Source of the DNA: Utricularia gibba
Taxonomy: Eukaryota > Plantae > Magnoliophyta
Direction: 5' to 3'
Length of the DNA: 64,000 nt
Assembly: GCA_002189035.1 (NCBI GenBank)
Contig: NEEC01000008.1
Location: 2,852,001-2,916,000, forward strand
This document shows positions 25,801 to 38,970 of the stretch, one piece after another. The stretch's first letter is position 1. Each line of letters begins with the position of its first letter. The translations under genes and the position numbers were made by a program. Under the pieces are notes generated by a model. The model saw nothing but the letters and a program-made list of their open reading frames with translations, was not told the DNA's origin and ran no database searches.

Positions 25801-27319
25801 ACAAGAGCCCGAATTTTTTAGGTGGAAAAATTTAAAAGAATCACCTGTTCTTCAAAAGTTTTCGAAAGTCTCAAGGCCTTTTCCTTCTCAGCTTTCATTT
25901 TGTCCTCAAGTTTCCGGCTTTTACTTACCCAGGATAGAACCTCAGAAGCACCTTCTGATGACTTCGCCAATCTTTCCTCTTTCATTCTGGTATCAAGTAT
26001 AACAAAAATTCACATGCATATACATCGAAGGTGATATCCCTTTCAGCACACAGGAAATGTTTCCCAGTATGCAGAAGCTAAGATAAAGACCTCAAACCAC
26101 ATGGATGAGGATCAATCAAGACTGTTTAATCCAGTGATAAAAAGGGGGTAGAAATCATTCTCACACGTACTAAAAAACTCAGAGAAAAATAAAGCCATTG
26201 TAAACATTACAGTTGAATGCAAGAATGTAACCTACGCACTGAAGTGACTTTGCATTCTATTTCCTTTTCTTTGACCTCATTTGATGACTCAATCAGACTT
26301 ATACCAGTGACCATGAAGATGTACCATGTGATTTGGAAGGTGCAAGAAACATGAAAGGAAACGGGATGACAAAAATGGGATTAAAAATTGAGGCATTTAT
26401 CTAACCTTTGAATGCGCTCCTCTATCTCAGATGTTGATGTTCGAGTGTTAGTGTCGGATTTCTCTTCTTTACTCACAATCCTTGTCTCAGGTTCAAAAGA
26501 AGAGTTATCACTTGGCTCTACAAGTGGCTGCTTATCTCGAGAAAAATCATCTTCCAGTTTAGACAAACCATATTTATCAATATCCTCGTTCCTTCCATTA
26601 CTTCCATCCCTTTGGGTGTGAGTGCTTCCATGCCTGTCATTCTCCCGGTTTACTGGTTGATCTACATGCATTTCATTCTCCTTATTCCTATCTCTAAATT
26701 TCTCTCTTTCTGCAGAATCTCTACCCCTATCTCTACCATATTCCCTTGCCCTGTCCTTCTCTTTGTGGATTTCTGGCTCCCTGTCTTTCTTTCTATCCCT
26801 CTCCTTCTCCCTATCTTTTTCCTTTCCTCTGATCTTCTCCCTTTCCTTATCTTTATCCCTTTTCAGATCACCATCCTTTCCATATTTTTTATCCCTCCTA
26901 TGTTCACTATCCCTCTCATTCTCGCGATCCTTGCGATCTTTATCCCTACTGGGTTCCCTGTGTTTCTCTCGACCAGAATCTTTTCCACGGTCTTTAGTTC
27001 TATGTTTATCCTTTTCTCGTTCATCTCTGTCATCCTTACGTTGATCCCTACTAGAATTTCCGTCTTTATCAGGGTCCTTCTTCTCCCTAGGAGCACCTGA
27101 AGATTTTGACCGTTCCTGATCCCTACTCCTGTACTCTTTCTCCTCCTTTTGCCCACTTTTGTTGGACTTATGATGCCTACCTGATTCCTGCAATTCACCA
27201 TGCTCAATTTCTTCAGAATCATCAAGGTGCCTTCCCCGCCTTTCACCAGAAGGCATGCCATCTTTTGAATCCATCTCAGAACTTCTACCATACCCAGAGC
27301 CAGCATAGTCCTCTCCCAT
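22845..27319 (-). CDS. DOT2: SART-1/Snu66 family U4/U6.U5 tri-snRNP protein (1-nt frameshift in run 24167-24172)
   Basis: ATG at 27319 with an R/D/E/K-rich N-terminus. Conserved blocks EVLSWVSKSRKL, VLTLKDQSILADGD, LENVEIGEQKRR, SDYYTEEEM..FKKPKKKK, FTEMEEFVWGLQL, IRIERTDEYGR, TPKESFRQLSHKFHGKGPGKMK, GLTPMLGDKK and VEHFL. 5' UTR exon with donor at 27825. Confidence 0.93.
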
Positions 27320-28362
27320 GTTGAAACGCAAAAACTCCCCGCAGAGTCTAGTATCAAAAAACGGGACTGAATAAAGCAGGCTCACAGCAGCACCTGCATA
27401 CAATAAAAATGAAATAAGAATAAATGCCTTCAGAATCTACCCGTTCCCAGTATCTTAACCATATATACCATCTATCGGAAGCAATATAAAGAAGTAGAGA
27501 ACAGGGAATACTGCAGAAAAATATATGGGGATCGACGAAGAGATCCCGCCGAGTGCAACATGAAAAATGTTTGAAGCCACCAGATAATCAAGTTAAAAGA
27601 AAACCTTTGAACTTCATAGACTCGAAGCTGGCAGTAGTTAATCCTCATTCTCAAATGAACGTGATAAACCCAGAAAGAAGAACATTTTAGCATCGTTTAC
27701 CAATCCCGCAACACATCACCAGACAACAACCTTTTGACATAGGGTTCAAGCGTAAATGAATTTCACAACAAATAGTTCGAAATAGATAAAAACGCTAGAA
27801 ATACAAAATCTTTCTCAGCACCCACCTTCAAAGCAACGCGAAATCAGCCAAGAGAAGCAGCGAATTGGAAGAGAACGAAGCTCAGCAGCGTCATAACAGA
27901 GAACCCCAACCAATCTTTAAAAGAAATCGATTCCTTGGGCGGCCACCTGAGACAGACATGGGCTATTGGGCTTCCACTTATTGGGCCTCATTTTAAAATA
28001 GAATTTGACCCAACTTTCAATTAAATACAATTACCAACTCTTCAAGTGCTTGATCTTAATTTGTTCAATATTAAATAACATTGAGATTAATTTACACAAA
28101 ATAAATAATTATTATATTTATATAAAATATTATTAAAATGTGCATAATAGAAAATTATAGGAATTTTTTTTTGAAATAATAAGATTTATATTATACTTTA
28201 TCATAATAGAATTAAGTAAGCCATCCAATAAATATATTTGTGTTTCAATATGAATGTAGATTTAAATAAAAAAAAATGATGGAAAAATAGAGAAACCATT
28301 CAAGAATGAGAGGCTGATCACCCCCTGGACAAAGATGAACAAGTTTGAAGTTGGTGCTTATC

Positions 28363-31300
28363 TCAGATGACACGAGCACAATCACCAGGATCACACATCA
28401 AGACCATTTTTCCCTTCACCTGTGCAGCCAATGTGGGTTGAATCCGCTCGTACTCTTCTGTGACGAACGCCGCTGCGTTATCGGCATGCTCGGCGTCGAC
28501 TAATGCTATGCAGCAACCCCGGAATCCGGCGCCGCTGAAACGAGCTCCAAGAACTCCCGGAGCTTTGAGTAGAATCTCGTACAGCTGAATCAGTGGTTCA
28601 CAACCTGTGTATCACATGGCATGAATCTTATGTTGTCTCACATCAGATGGAAAGATGACTATGTTACGCATGCAGGATTTTAAAGGGTAGCCTTCTGACT
28701 ATGGCCTTTCTGGTTTTACCAAGAGTTTTACATTGATCAAGATAAGAATCCAACACTCTCATGTGAATTGGCACTAACATTTATAATGTGAATATAGTTT
28801 GGGAAAAACGTACCACTTTCGTAGTTGTGAATGGAACTCAAACCGGATGCAGTTATCAGTTGCCCAAATTCATCAAGTTTGCCAGAACCCCATGCTTGAA
28901 GTCCTTTGAGAACTCTCTTGTTTTCTGAAAAGTAATGCTCTGCTCTTCTAGCCAGATTTGGTCTCAAGATCCGCTGCAAAAGAATACAATATTAGTGAGA
29001 TTTCAAAAGAAAAGAAATGGTTCAAGAATCAAACTTGTCATGACTCACCTTATACTCCTCATAAACCTCTGGCTCAACTGCATTCATTTGACAGAAATGT
29101 GAAATTCATAAAAGACTAGAAAGTAAAGGAATAATATTTTGATAGTTTTCAAATAGCCTTTTAGCAAAATCAAGAGTCTCAAGAAGGATAAGCGTCACAC
29201 CGGGAGTCAAAAAATGAGTCAGGAATATATAATATCGACAAAAAAAGGTTTATCATTACTTTTCGGATGCTAAAATAGACAAACTATGTGATCTTTTGGT
29301 AGGATTGTTTTTTTTTTTTTTTTTTTTGTCTTCAGGTTTAACAAGATCTTAGGCTATATAGTTACCATTGGATAGGAGAGGTTCCAACCCAGGATTACCA
29401 GAAGCCCTGCCAGGAGTGCGTTCTTTAGGATGAAAGAATTAGACATAAAAAAATGATAAGACTCTCAAGAATTTTACCGAAGCAGTGACTTGGCTCCCTC
29501 CTGACATTCTTCGACTCGACTATTATAGCCTGGATTTTTTATCAGAGCTTGCTTCAAGCCAGAAAATGCTAGCAAGATCTTGAACTTCTTTGTTGTTACA
29601 TCATCTGGAGGGCGAATAAGGCTGAACTCTTTCGTCTGTAATGAAGCAATTTCCTCTCAAAAAAGATAACAAAAGTAAACCCCTCACAGCAAAACTCAAG
29701 AATCACCTTGCAGTTCATGCAAGTTAAGCAACCATAGCTTGAAAGAAGTATAGCAGATTGATCGAGGATTCCGTTTTTTAATCCGAGATACTCATTTTCA
29801 ATTAACCTTCATGTGAAATAAGAAAGAGCACTGAGAATTTGAATGGTAAGAAAAGTAGATGAAACACTTGATGAGCCCAAGATCTGTAAAAACTAAGGGG
29901 AACTGCTCCAAGTTTATTCGAATTAGAATGCCATGTATCAAGTGAGTCTTACCTATCATACTCGATATTTTCTAAAGGAGATACTATGAGTTTGTTTGCA
30001 CTTTCAAAAGCAAGCAGGTAAGCCACCCCCACCTATCATAAAGAGGGAAACGAGAAGCCAAAAATGATATTACTATAAATGAACAAGAAAGTTGTGTAGG
30101 GAAATTAGTTTCCAATTCTAAATTCAAAAGAAAAACATCAAACCAATATGAAAAAAAAAAAAGAGAAAGATACTTACAGCAGCTGAGGAACTGAGACCCG
30201 AACTATCAAGCCCCTCCACACCACATATATATCCAATTATCCCCTGCCAACAGTAAAATATTACACTAAGTGTGATTACTACATGGTTTTCTCATATGCT
30301 TTTTAGTATATTTTCCAAACTCTAGAAAGACCCCAATTCTTTACTAATTTCTTATCATTTTATTAATTTAAAAATGCGTGTAAGTTTACCTTTTAAATCC
30401 ACAAAAAAGCACTAACACTTCCCAAAACTAATAAAGAGTTTTTTCTTCTATTTTATCAAACATGCATCATCTGTTCACATCTAAATTTTCAAAACCATTA
30501 ACGATCATTGTCTCAAAAATTGCTAAAAAATGCTATTATATAACATATACATTGCATATGCATCAGCAGACCTTTTTTAAAGGGTTGCCTCTGCTTTTTA
30601 ATGCATAAACTGCTCCCCGAGCGTAATTACCCCAACCATTATTTAGTTCGACATCCTTCTCAAGTGTTTGATCCTCATCTACTCTGTTATGCAAACAAAC
30701 ATGCTATAGACCACAAATTATGATAACAGCAACAAAAGGAATGTAACCATCACCTAAATTTAACTTCTCCCTTGAACTGTCCTGATTGTATAATGACCTG
30801 CGAAGATAGAAAAAGGAAACTTTAAGTCATTTCTACATCAACTAACATATAAGGTTTGTCCTGTATACAATTACTGAACATGCACAAAGGTTTAACAAGA
30901 GGCAAGCAAATTCGAGTTACTGATCAGTAAAATAGTACCTCGGAATCCTTAGAAGGAACAAAACCAAGAAGTACTCCCTTGTTGATTGTCATGGCTGAAA
31001 CAATTCCACCCTATGGAATGTCTTACAACTCAGAATACCTCACAAATCTAGCAAAAAATGCAATGTTCTTTTCCTTATCATAAAAACTAATCAAGATTCA
31101 AATTGCAACCTTAACAAATAATACACTCTACCCGTTTACTTGATTGATCACTTCTCCACATCAATGCATAAACATCTACTAAGCACCATGCAAAGAATAC
31201 AAACCTGATGGTCAATGTGAGCACCGAGAGGACAAATCCTATAGGGGGCAGCAGCAACACGAACCTCACTACAATCTCTACCAGACATTTCAGACACCTT

Positions 31301-31446
31301 TGTTTTGATCACTTGTAACTGCAAAAACATGATTTTTCCAAAGTGAAAGCGGCCGATCCAACCTCATTTTAAGGAAATCAGAACATAAAACAAATAGCAG
31401 CGTAATATGAACCAATCTATACCTCTAACTGAGTCGGCCAAGCCAT
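28363..31446 (-). CDS. GALAK: Galacturonokinase (GHMP kinase family)
   Basis: Starts MAWPTQLE. Multi-exon, with APYRICPLGAHIDHQGG, WGNYARGA, GLDSSGLSSSAA, ENEYLGLKNGILDQSA, GYNSRVEEC, HYFSENKRV and GARFSGAGFRGCC, ending CARVI* at 28363. Confidence 0.95.
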
Positions 31447-31649
31447 TGAGCCGGTTGAAACAAAAGCCTAGCCAATGAATCGCATATTTATATAGATTCT
31501 ATTGGTAATCAGGTGGGGTTTTGTGTGTGTCTTCATCAAATGTAGTCAACAAAAAAAGTGAACATGAATCAACACCAAACTTGTGGCTCAGGTGTCATTG
31601 TCATTGGACCCTTTCAAAGCGGTTGTTGAGTTCAAAAGTGATACTTCCT

Positions 31650-32145
31650 CTTTCATTCTGATATCAAGCATAACAAAAATTCACATGCATATACATCTAA
31701 GCCGATAAAGACCTCAGACAACTTGGATCAAGATCAACGAAGAATGTTTAATCCAGTGACTAAAAATTTTGGAGAAAAAATAAGCCATTAAAAACATTAC
31801 AGTTGGATGCAAAAATGTAGCCCATTCACTGAAGTGACTTTGCATTCTATTTCCTTTTCTTTGATCTCATTCTATGAAACAGTGTGGCTTACTACCAGTG
31901 ACCACGAAGATGTACAATGTGATTTGGCAGGTGCAAGAAACATGAAACACAATAAAATTTCTCAACACCCACCTTCAAAGCAACGCGAAATCAGAGGCAA
32001 ATGCAAATAAAATCAGCGAATTGGAAGAAAAAGCGACGTAGCAGCGCCTTATCAAGAACCCCAACCACAAAATAGGCTATCGGGCAGTATTAACCTAAAC
32101 AGGCTATTGGGCTTCTACTTAATATAGAATTTGACCCAACTTTCA
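31650..32145 (-). pseudogene. Degenerate partial duplicate of the DOT2 promoter, 5' UTR exon and second intron
   Basis: 31650-31945 aligns to 25978-26355 and 31950-32145 aligns to 27805-28022. The large first coding exon is absent. Confidence 0.88.
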
Positions 32146-33984
32146 ATTACCATTAAATTCTGTGATTTTCTAAATTCTCAATTTTTAAATTAAATAATTG
32201 TTAATATATTTTAAATTTCAATTAAATCATAATCAAAACATACAATAATCATACTAACAATCAAGTTCCACCTAAAATTCATTATAATACATGGAATCGA
32301 ACCAAATCAGGAAACGATTTCGGATTACGATATTTCGAATCGACCCTTAAACTTATCATTTGAGATTTTGGGTCGGGATTAGAATTGAATGTCGGAATGG
32401 ATACCAAATTAGGGGAATCAGTTTAGAACAAGCTAAACTAATCACCATTATTTACGTTGTGGGCGAGATGTTGGATGGTGTCCGGTTGTGATTGGACACG
32501 GGAGGATCCTACGGTCTACAGCGCAATTCAAATGGCGCAGTGGTTTTCCCTGATTGGACGCGTTCTAACGGCTAGTAAAATACGACTACGTGGCGCCATT
32601 AATCCATTTCATTACAGCGAAATTTGACACGTAATTTGGTGTCTTAAACGCGGTCAACAGTAAATTGATTTTGGTAAGCGGAAACTTCCAAAACCAATTA
32701 TAATTTCATCAGGCAAAGGAGAAGTGTGCCTTTTGGACTATCCACTCACCCAACCGCGGTTAGGATAATTAATGCATTTATCTGAATATTGTATTTGCTG
32801 GTCAAATTAAATAAAAAAGTAAAAAAAAAACCCAGAATTTTAATGGATTTAAAATTGAATAGTTAAATTATATTTATTATCATTTTATGAGTACAATGCA
32901 AATTATGTCAATATGATGCTAGAAATTGTGATAATTCTAATTTTAATAGTATACATTTAAATTATCACAATTAAAAATCTATACATATTATGAAAGAATG
33001 CATATGGAATCATTACAATTGTGGTGAAGTAGATCATTTCGCTAAGATAGAAAATTTGATACGAGCTTTCATATTGTAATATTTAAGTACGTGAAAGTAA
33101 CACATATATCATATGAAATTTGTATATAACAACAACCATTAGATATTAGAGTTAGAGTTGGTGCGACAAGTCGAGAAAGTCGTTAAAATCATATAGGAAC
33201 GACCTTGGGGTTGAGTCCATCAATCGCATCGTTCCTTTTATCGACGATTGGTTCAATTTAATTGACATTGATCATGCCTCTAGCATTGCTATTTTGAAGA
33301 AATTAGAGTGATTAAAGTATGACCATACTTTGGATTGCATGGATTAGTATGGTATAACATCATAAAATTTTGATCTTATTGCGTTGATCTTCATGATATA
33401 AGGAATGGTTAACATAGATAGTGGGAGGTATTCTTATTTAATAATGAGATACATTTTTTTTAACTTATAATAAATTTATTAATTATTTTCACTGATCAAA
33501 GTTGGAGACTCGAAAATAATCAAATATTCACATCAACCATAAACCATGCGCACCAAAGACCAATAAATGTTGCTTTTAAGCCTTTTTGTCACTTGATGAC
33601 AAAATCAAAGTCTTTGGGTTTCAAGAAAATATGGCCACAAATTTGAAATTTAATTAGATTCAACACGGGATATAATTAGATTGTATATATAAATAAGTTT
33701 AATTTATTATAAATTGTACATAAAAAGGAAACATTTTTACTGACTAAATCTGAATTTGAGATTCTTACGGTAATCTGAAGTCAAGGAGGACAAGTCATTT
33801 ACTTATTTACCCCTAGGTGTTTCTTTCTTTTTTTAAGCCAATAGTCAAAGACACGCGGGCCATTGAAAAAAATTGTAGTCAGAGACACGGCGGCGATCCC
33901 GTTATAAATACACCCGACACTCTCTTCACCTGATCAAGCCAGTTCATCTCTTCCTCCACTCTCCGGCGGTCCCCCAGCGCGAGA

Positions 33985-34424
33985 ATGATGATCAGCAAGA
34001 TCGTGCGCCTCCGTCAGGTGGTTCAGCGGTGGAAGACCCGGAGCCTGGCTGGCCGCACCGAGGAGGGGAGCTGCCGAGTCCGGTCGGGCTCGATGGCGAT
34101 CTACATCGGCCCGGACCGCATCCGCTTCGTGATTCCGACGAGGTTTCTCAACTACCCTGTGTTCGCGGAGTTGCTGGAGATGGCGGAGGAGGAGTACGGG
34201 TTCTCGGCGCCGGCGGGCTGGTGTTGCCGTGCGAACCGGATGTTTTCGAGGCGATCATGCGGCTCCTGGAGGCTGATGAGGAGAGGTTCAGTAAGCTGGA
34301 GCTGGAGGAGTTCACGAAGACGATAGAGGACGTGGCGGGACTGAGGAAATTGAAAAACTTGCTGTGTCGAGAGCATTCTTCTCTTGGCTTCAATCCGAGC
34401 CTCCTGCAAAAAACTAGGGTTTGA
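33985..34424 (+). CDS. SAUR: SAUR family auxin-responsive protein (frameshift at about 34205-34215)
   Basis: Intronless, TATAAAT at about 33905. Reads ISKIVRLRQVVQRW..GSMAIYIGPDRIRFVIPTRFLNYPVFAELLEMAEEEYGF and continues in another frame as GGLVLPCEPDVFEAIMRLLE..*. Confidence 0.88.
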
Positions 34425-35369
34425 AAGGTTTGAGCAACGTGTGTCCAATTTACACAAGTAAAAGAGTATTTTGTAGAGTTTGGGTCCAAATTCCAATGCT
34501 GTAAAAGAGACTACAATCCCATTTCTGGGTATAAATATGTAATTGAATTTAATGTATTGCAAAAGTAAAAGTAACCATACAAAATTAATATTTTTTAAAA
34601 ATAACTCTTTATAAAAATTATTTGATCAAATACAAAAAAATCATATATTTTAAAACGATAATTTGCTCATCTTTCAAAACAAATGTAGCTTGTAAGAAAA
34701 TATTAGTTTCTATAGAAATATAAATAAAGCTACACAAGCTCAAAAAAAAAAAATACATTTATAAGTGTAGATTTCTTAATTTTTAAAAATAACTTAATAT
34801 ATAAATTGAAATTTAAAATATCAATTTCTGTGAAAATATCACCTGAAATTTTTCCCGGATGATGAATCGAAGAAGAAGAAGTCGGAGACGTTTGTCTCGG
34901 CGACAAAGCCTCTTCGAAAATCTTGTGAAATCTCTGGGTAAATTCAAGAACGGTTGCGATTAGGTACATATTTCTTTTTTCAGACTGGTAAATAGTGCAG
35001 TGTATATCGATTTGAAGGCTGAAATGTTTAGGGAAAAGTCAAATTGCGTTACTTGAAACTAGAAAATCTGCTGTTGGTCTCAGATGGCGCAAGGTTAGAC
35101 TTTTGTTTTGGAATTCAATGAGTTTATGTTACTGTACAGTGATCATGTTACTCTCATACCCATGTGGACAAGAAAGATTTTGATAAGACTTCCAAGTGTT
35201 CGGTAAAGTGCTTGTTGTCTTGGTTTCCTTGGATCATGCCTGCCAATTGCATTGTATATATACATTAGAGATACTAAGGGCCTGTTCTTGTACAAGATTA
35301 AGCCATCAAGTTGTCTATTTTCATGAAGATTTGTGATGGAAAATCTGCAGAAGGCCCGAACTCAGCTGA

Positions 35370-36373
35370 TCAAGCATCGTAGCATTCAGCAGGGGAGTTC
35401 TGTGGGGAGCGTTTGGGATCAGTGCAGTAGTTGTAAATCATATAATTACTCTGCACCCATTTCAGCCTCTGCTGTCCCCAGTTGTCCAAGGATTGTGAGA
35501 ACCAGGAGTTCTGTGTGCAGGAATTGGAATTGCTGCATGACAAGGCGTTGAAGTTCCTGAAGGAGGCTGTGAACGGCGCCTGGCTCCAATCTGTCTTAAC
35601 GAGACCGCCTCTCGTCGCCCAGTCGTCGGCGTTCCACAGGCTCGAGTAGATTCGCATTGGCTGGTTCGACGGAAACTGCCCTCCTCTTGATTGCAAGTTC
35701 TTGAACTGCCTGATCGGAGTCCCATCTACCATGAATCTGCTTCACATAAGTTGTCAGCTCTAACATCTGATCACAGAAAGTTTACTTTTTTACAGTTTAG
35801 ACACTTTGATCTTCGTACATGGTGAGCTGAGGATTCCATACGATGGAGTAGGTGTGGAAGTCGCTGGTAGGATCAAACCAGAGATGAAACTGCTGCTCCC
35901 TCTCGCCTTTGCCCTGTGTGAATACATTCGTATGCAGAGTGTAAGGCTGCCCGCTTTGATTCCCCAGGAATTCGAGGTCGATCTCGTCGTGATTCGCCCC
36001 GAGGACGAAAACTGCAGCGGCAAAGATGCAAAGTAAAGTTTCACCAGAAATTTGGATCTGAAAAGACAAGAATGTAACTTCCACTTACATAATAGGCGGC
36101 AACTGTGCCTGCAGAATTACCGGGTATAAGTTTTATCTGCATGTCAATCTTCCCATACAAGTACTCGTTCTTGGACTGGAATCCTGATCCCGATGCTCGG
36201 TCCAACGACAGCGTTAGAAGGTCTCCGCTGTCGAGAATCTGCGCACGGCCGTCGCCCCACGTGATTTCGAAATTTTGGTGGAAATCGGAGGCGAAAGCTG
36301 CCGGGAAAAAGCCCCACAAAATGAGAAGCAGGGAGACAGACAGACGTCGGGGAGAGACTGATCGGTGAATCAT
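35370..36373 (-). CDS. XTH: Xyloglucan endotransglucosylase/hydrolase, group I/II (1-nt frameshift in run 35997-36000)
   Basis: Three exons (about 36373-36089, 36011-35817, 35737-35370). Signal peptide, [18 protein letters not shown], catalytic [22 protein letters not shown] and MIYNYC. TATA at about 36480. Confidence 0.93.
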
Positions 36374-37901
36374 CCTCTATCTCTAAGAAGCGGCCTACCG
36401 GACTTGCAATACGGTCGTGGAAGCTGAAAGACGGGATATATTTGAATGATGCTTTCGACTACTGAGCGGATGGATGATATTTATAGAGGCAGGGGACGGT
36501 GGCGCGTGCGAAATACTTGGGTGGCGCGTGTGAAGAAAGCCACTAGTGTCCAGCTAATACAACGCTCTAGGGTCTTCCATGCAGCAGTTGCATGCGGTGC
36601 GGTGCGGTGGGGTGCTTTATGGTCCAACCGGATCCTAAACGGGTTCGGATCCAAAGAAAAATGCCCCACTTGAAAATATAGTAACAAAAAATAAATAGAA
36701 CAATAAAAAAATAAAGTGATTGCTTATAGAAGGTATTTATAAAGTTTAAAATCTCATAATTAAAAAAAATCCAAAATATGTCTTGTTTCCTTTCATATAA
36801 ACAAAGCCTTTTGAGAAGTCCACATCTTGATTTTTTTAATTTAAAATACTTTTATTTTATTTCTACAATCATTTATAAATTCGATGATTTTCATATTTTC
36901 TCAACTACATTAAGATTAAAAAATATATTAAAAGTAATCCAATTTTTAAATCACTCGTTCTAATTGGGAATTCTCGTATGAATTATAAATTTAGCCATAT
37001 ATTAAATATTGTATGAAAAAATAACTAGTCTACATGTATTTTTTTAATTAAGTATGTGAGAGAAAATATGACAGTGATTATTTTTTTAAATGATTCGATA
37101 TTCTTTCATTTGCCAAACATGTGCCAGGTGTTGTAATCTAGGACTGGTTATTAAACGTGTTTAGTTGATGAAATTATGAAATATTAGTATTATAAAGTAT
37201 ATTACACTAGTAAATTTAAATAAATTGATATGAATGAATTTATTTAATTCTATTGAGCAGAATATATTAAAATATATCCTCTTCCATTATTTTATTTAAT
37301 CCAGTAATATATTAATTAAATATTATATAAAAAATGCTTTATTTACATCTTTTTTTATTTATATCCACATAAATTAATTTTTTAATATAATTACATAAGA
37401 CGGAATAATGAAAAAAATGTTTAAAAAGAAATCGAATTAATTGAGGTCGGTGGCGGGGTCCATTCAGGCGTATCTTCAAGATATGGCGGACCCGAGGAAG
37501 GGCAGCACAGCTGGAGGTGCAGGTTTGTTTTGTTCTCTTTTTTTTTTTCTTTTTTAGATTAAATGATTAATTTTAAAATACATTTCTAATCACCCGTGTG
37601 AAACGTGCTGAGATCTAATTATCAGTTTCGGAATGATAATTTACTAATAAATATTTAAATTAATTAAATAAATACTATTTCGGGGAAAAAGATTTACGAA
37701 CTCCGAAAAAAATATAAAAAACAAATCGATGGTAAGAGAAGATGCGCCGGGGTGCTGGTTTTGGAAAGTTGACCGGGTAAAATAATATTTAATTCCCAAA
37801 AGCACACAATAAAATCTCCGGCGCATCCTCCATTTCTGGCAATTCCCTTCTTCTCCCCCAGCATCGACCTCCAAGTGCTCCGGTCGATCGGAGAGCCTTT
37901 C

Positions 37902-38011
37902 ATGAAGGGGAGGAGAGCGGATTGCAGCCAAGGATGATTTGCCGGCATGGCATCGGCGGCGGCCGGCCCCCGGCAAGTTGTCCTTGGCTACACCTCGCTC
38001 TTCACCTATCA
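37902..38011 (+). ncRNA. MIR169: MIR169 precursor hairpin
   Basis: 5p arm CAGCCAAGGATGATTTGCCGG (37925-37945) pairs with 3p arm GGCAAGTTGTCCTTGGCTACA (37971-37991). Lower stem agagcg/cgctct and atga/tcat. Confidence 0.93.
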
Positions 38012-38970
38012 TGTCAGCCTCTTCATCGCCATTTTCGTCCCTCCCTTTCCCAGTTGCTCCCATTTTTAATTGCCTTTTTAAATCTATTATTGCATTTATT
38101 TTATTTTTTTCACTCTAATTTCGATCATGTGTGCGTTTATATCTGTTTTTTTTTTCAAAAAATTATTTTTATTATAATTTTTTTTAAATCAAGGTATTTT
38201 AGATTTCATACTGACCACTAAAATCTTATCCATCGTGTTGTTGTTCTACGCGGCGGGCGGGCTAATGGAACACGAGTTAATTGCAACAATTCCCCCACGT
38301 GCGCAGATCCGATTGGGTTACATTCTACAGTTGGATCATTATTAGTTGATAAGTATTTTTTAATGTAAAAATGTAAAAAATATATTATCTTCTTTATTTT
38401 TTTTATTCAATTATTTTTTTAAGAGAAGAATTTGAATCTCACTCGCTGGCAGCGGCACGTGGAGCTTAAGGTATCCAGCTGCATTGAACGTGGCTTCCGT
38501 TTTTTATTTTTATTTTATTTTATTATCCACGGGAACCCTTCAAGAATCTCGAAAACTCAAAAACACCCGAGGGGGCAATTTGTGATTTTTGGACTCTGGA
38601 GTTTAATTTTTCAATATTTGAAGACGTTTTATTTAATTAACTTAAAAGAGCAGTAAGCTAAGGCTACAGGAAGACAACAGCATGACTTCAAATAATGCAC
38701 ATATTCCATCTAACACTGGAGCTTGTGTTACCAACGGTGATTTCAGGAATGCTTCATCTTTGTCTTGCCTTCCACCTCCTCTGGTTGGTCATCGCCTCCG
38801 GTTCGAGCTTCTTCATTGCCCCGACTTCGATATCTACAGGGGCAGAAGCCTTCGAGACCTCACCACAAGAGAGTAGCAGTTTCAGAGAGGAGCAATGCAT
38901 GATGGAGATCGTGAGGGAAGGGTGTTTCTTAGATGAGGACTCACCCTTGAGGCAAAACAGAGCTTCAGGT

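Noticed and set aside
26612-27357. Long antisense and alternate-frame ORFs (162, 93 and 164 aa)
   Set aside because: Shadows of the purine-rich, low-complexity DOT2 first exon.
36059-36088. Upstream acceptor that would restore the XTH frame without an indel
   Set aside because: It needs an intron of about 31 nt, too short for plant splicing, and inserts 15 or so residues beside the catalytic motif; a 1-nt error in the G run is simpler.
37644-38221. 139-aa and 99-aa ORFs
   Set aside because: They overlap the GC-rich MIR169 hairpin, which explains the open frames.
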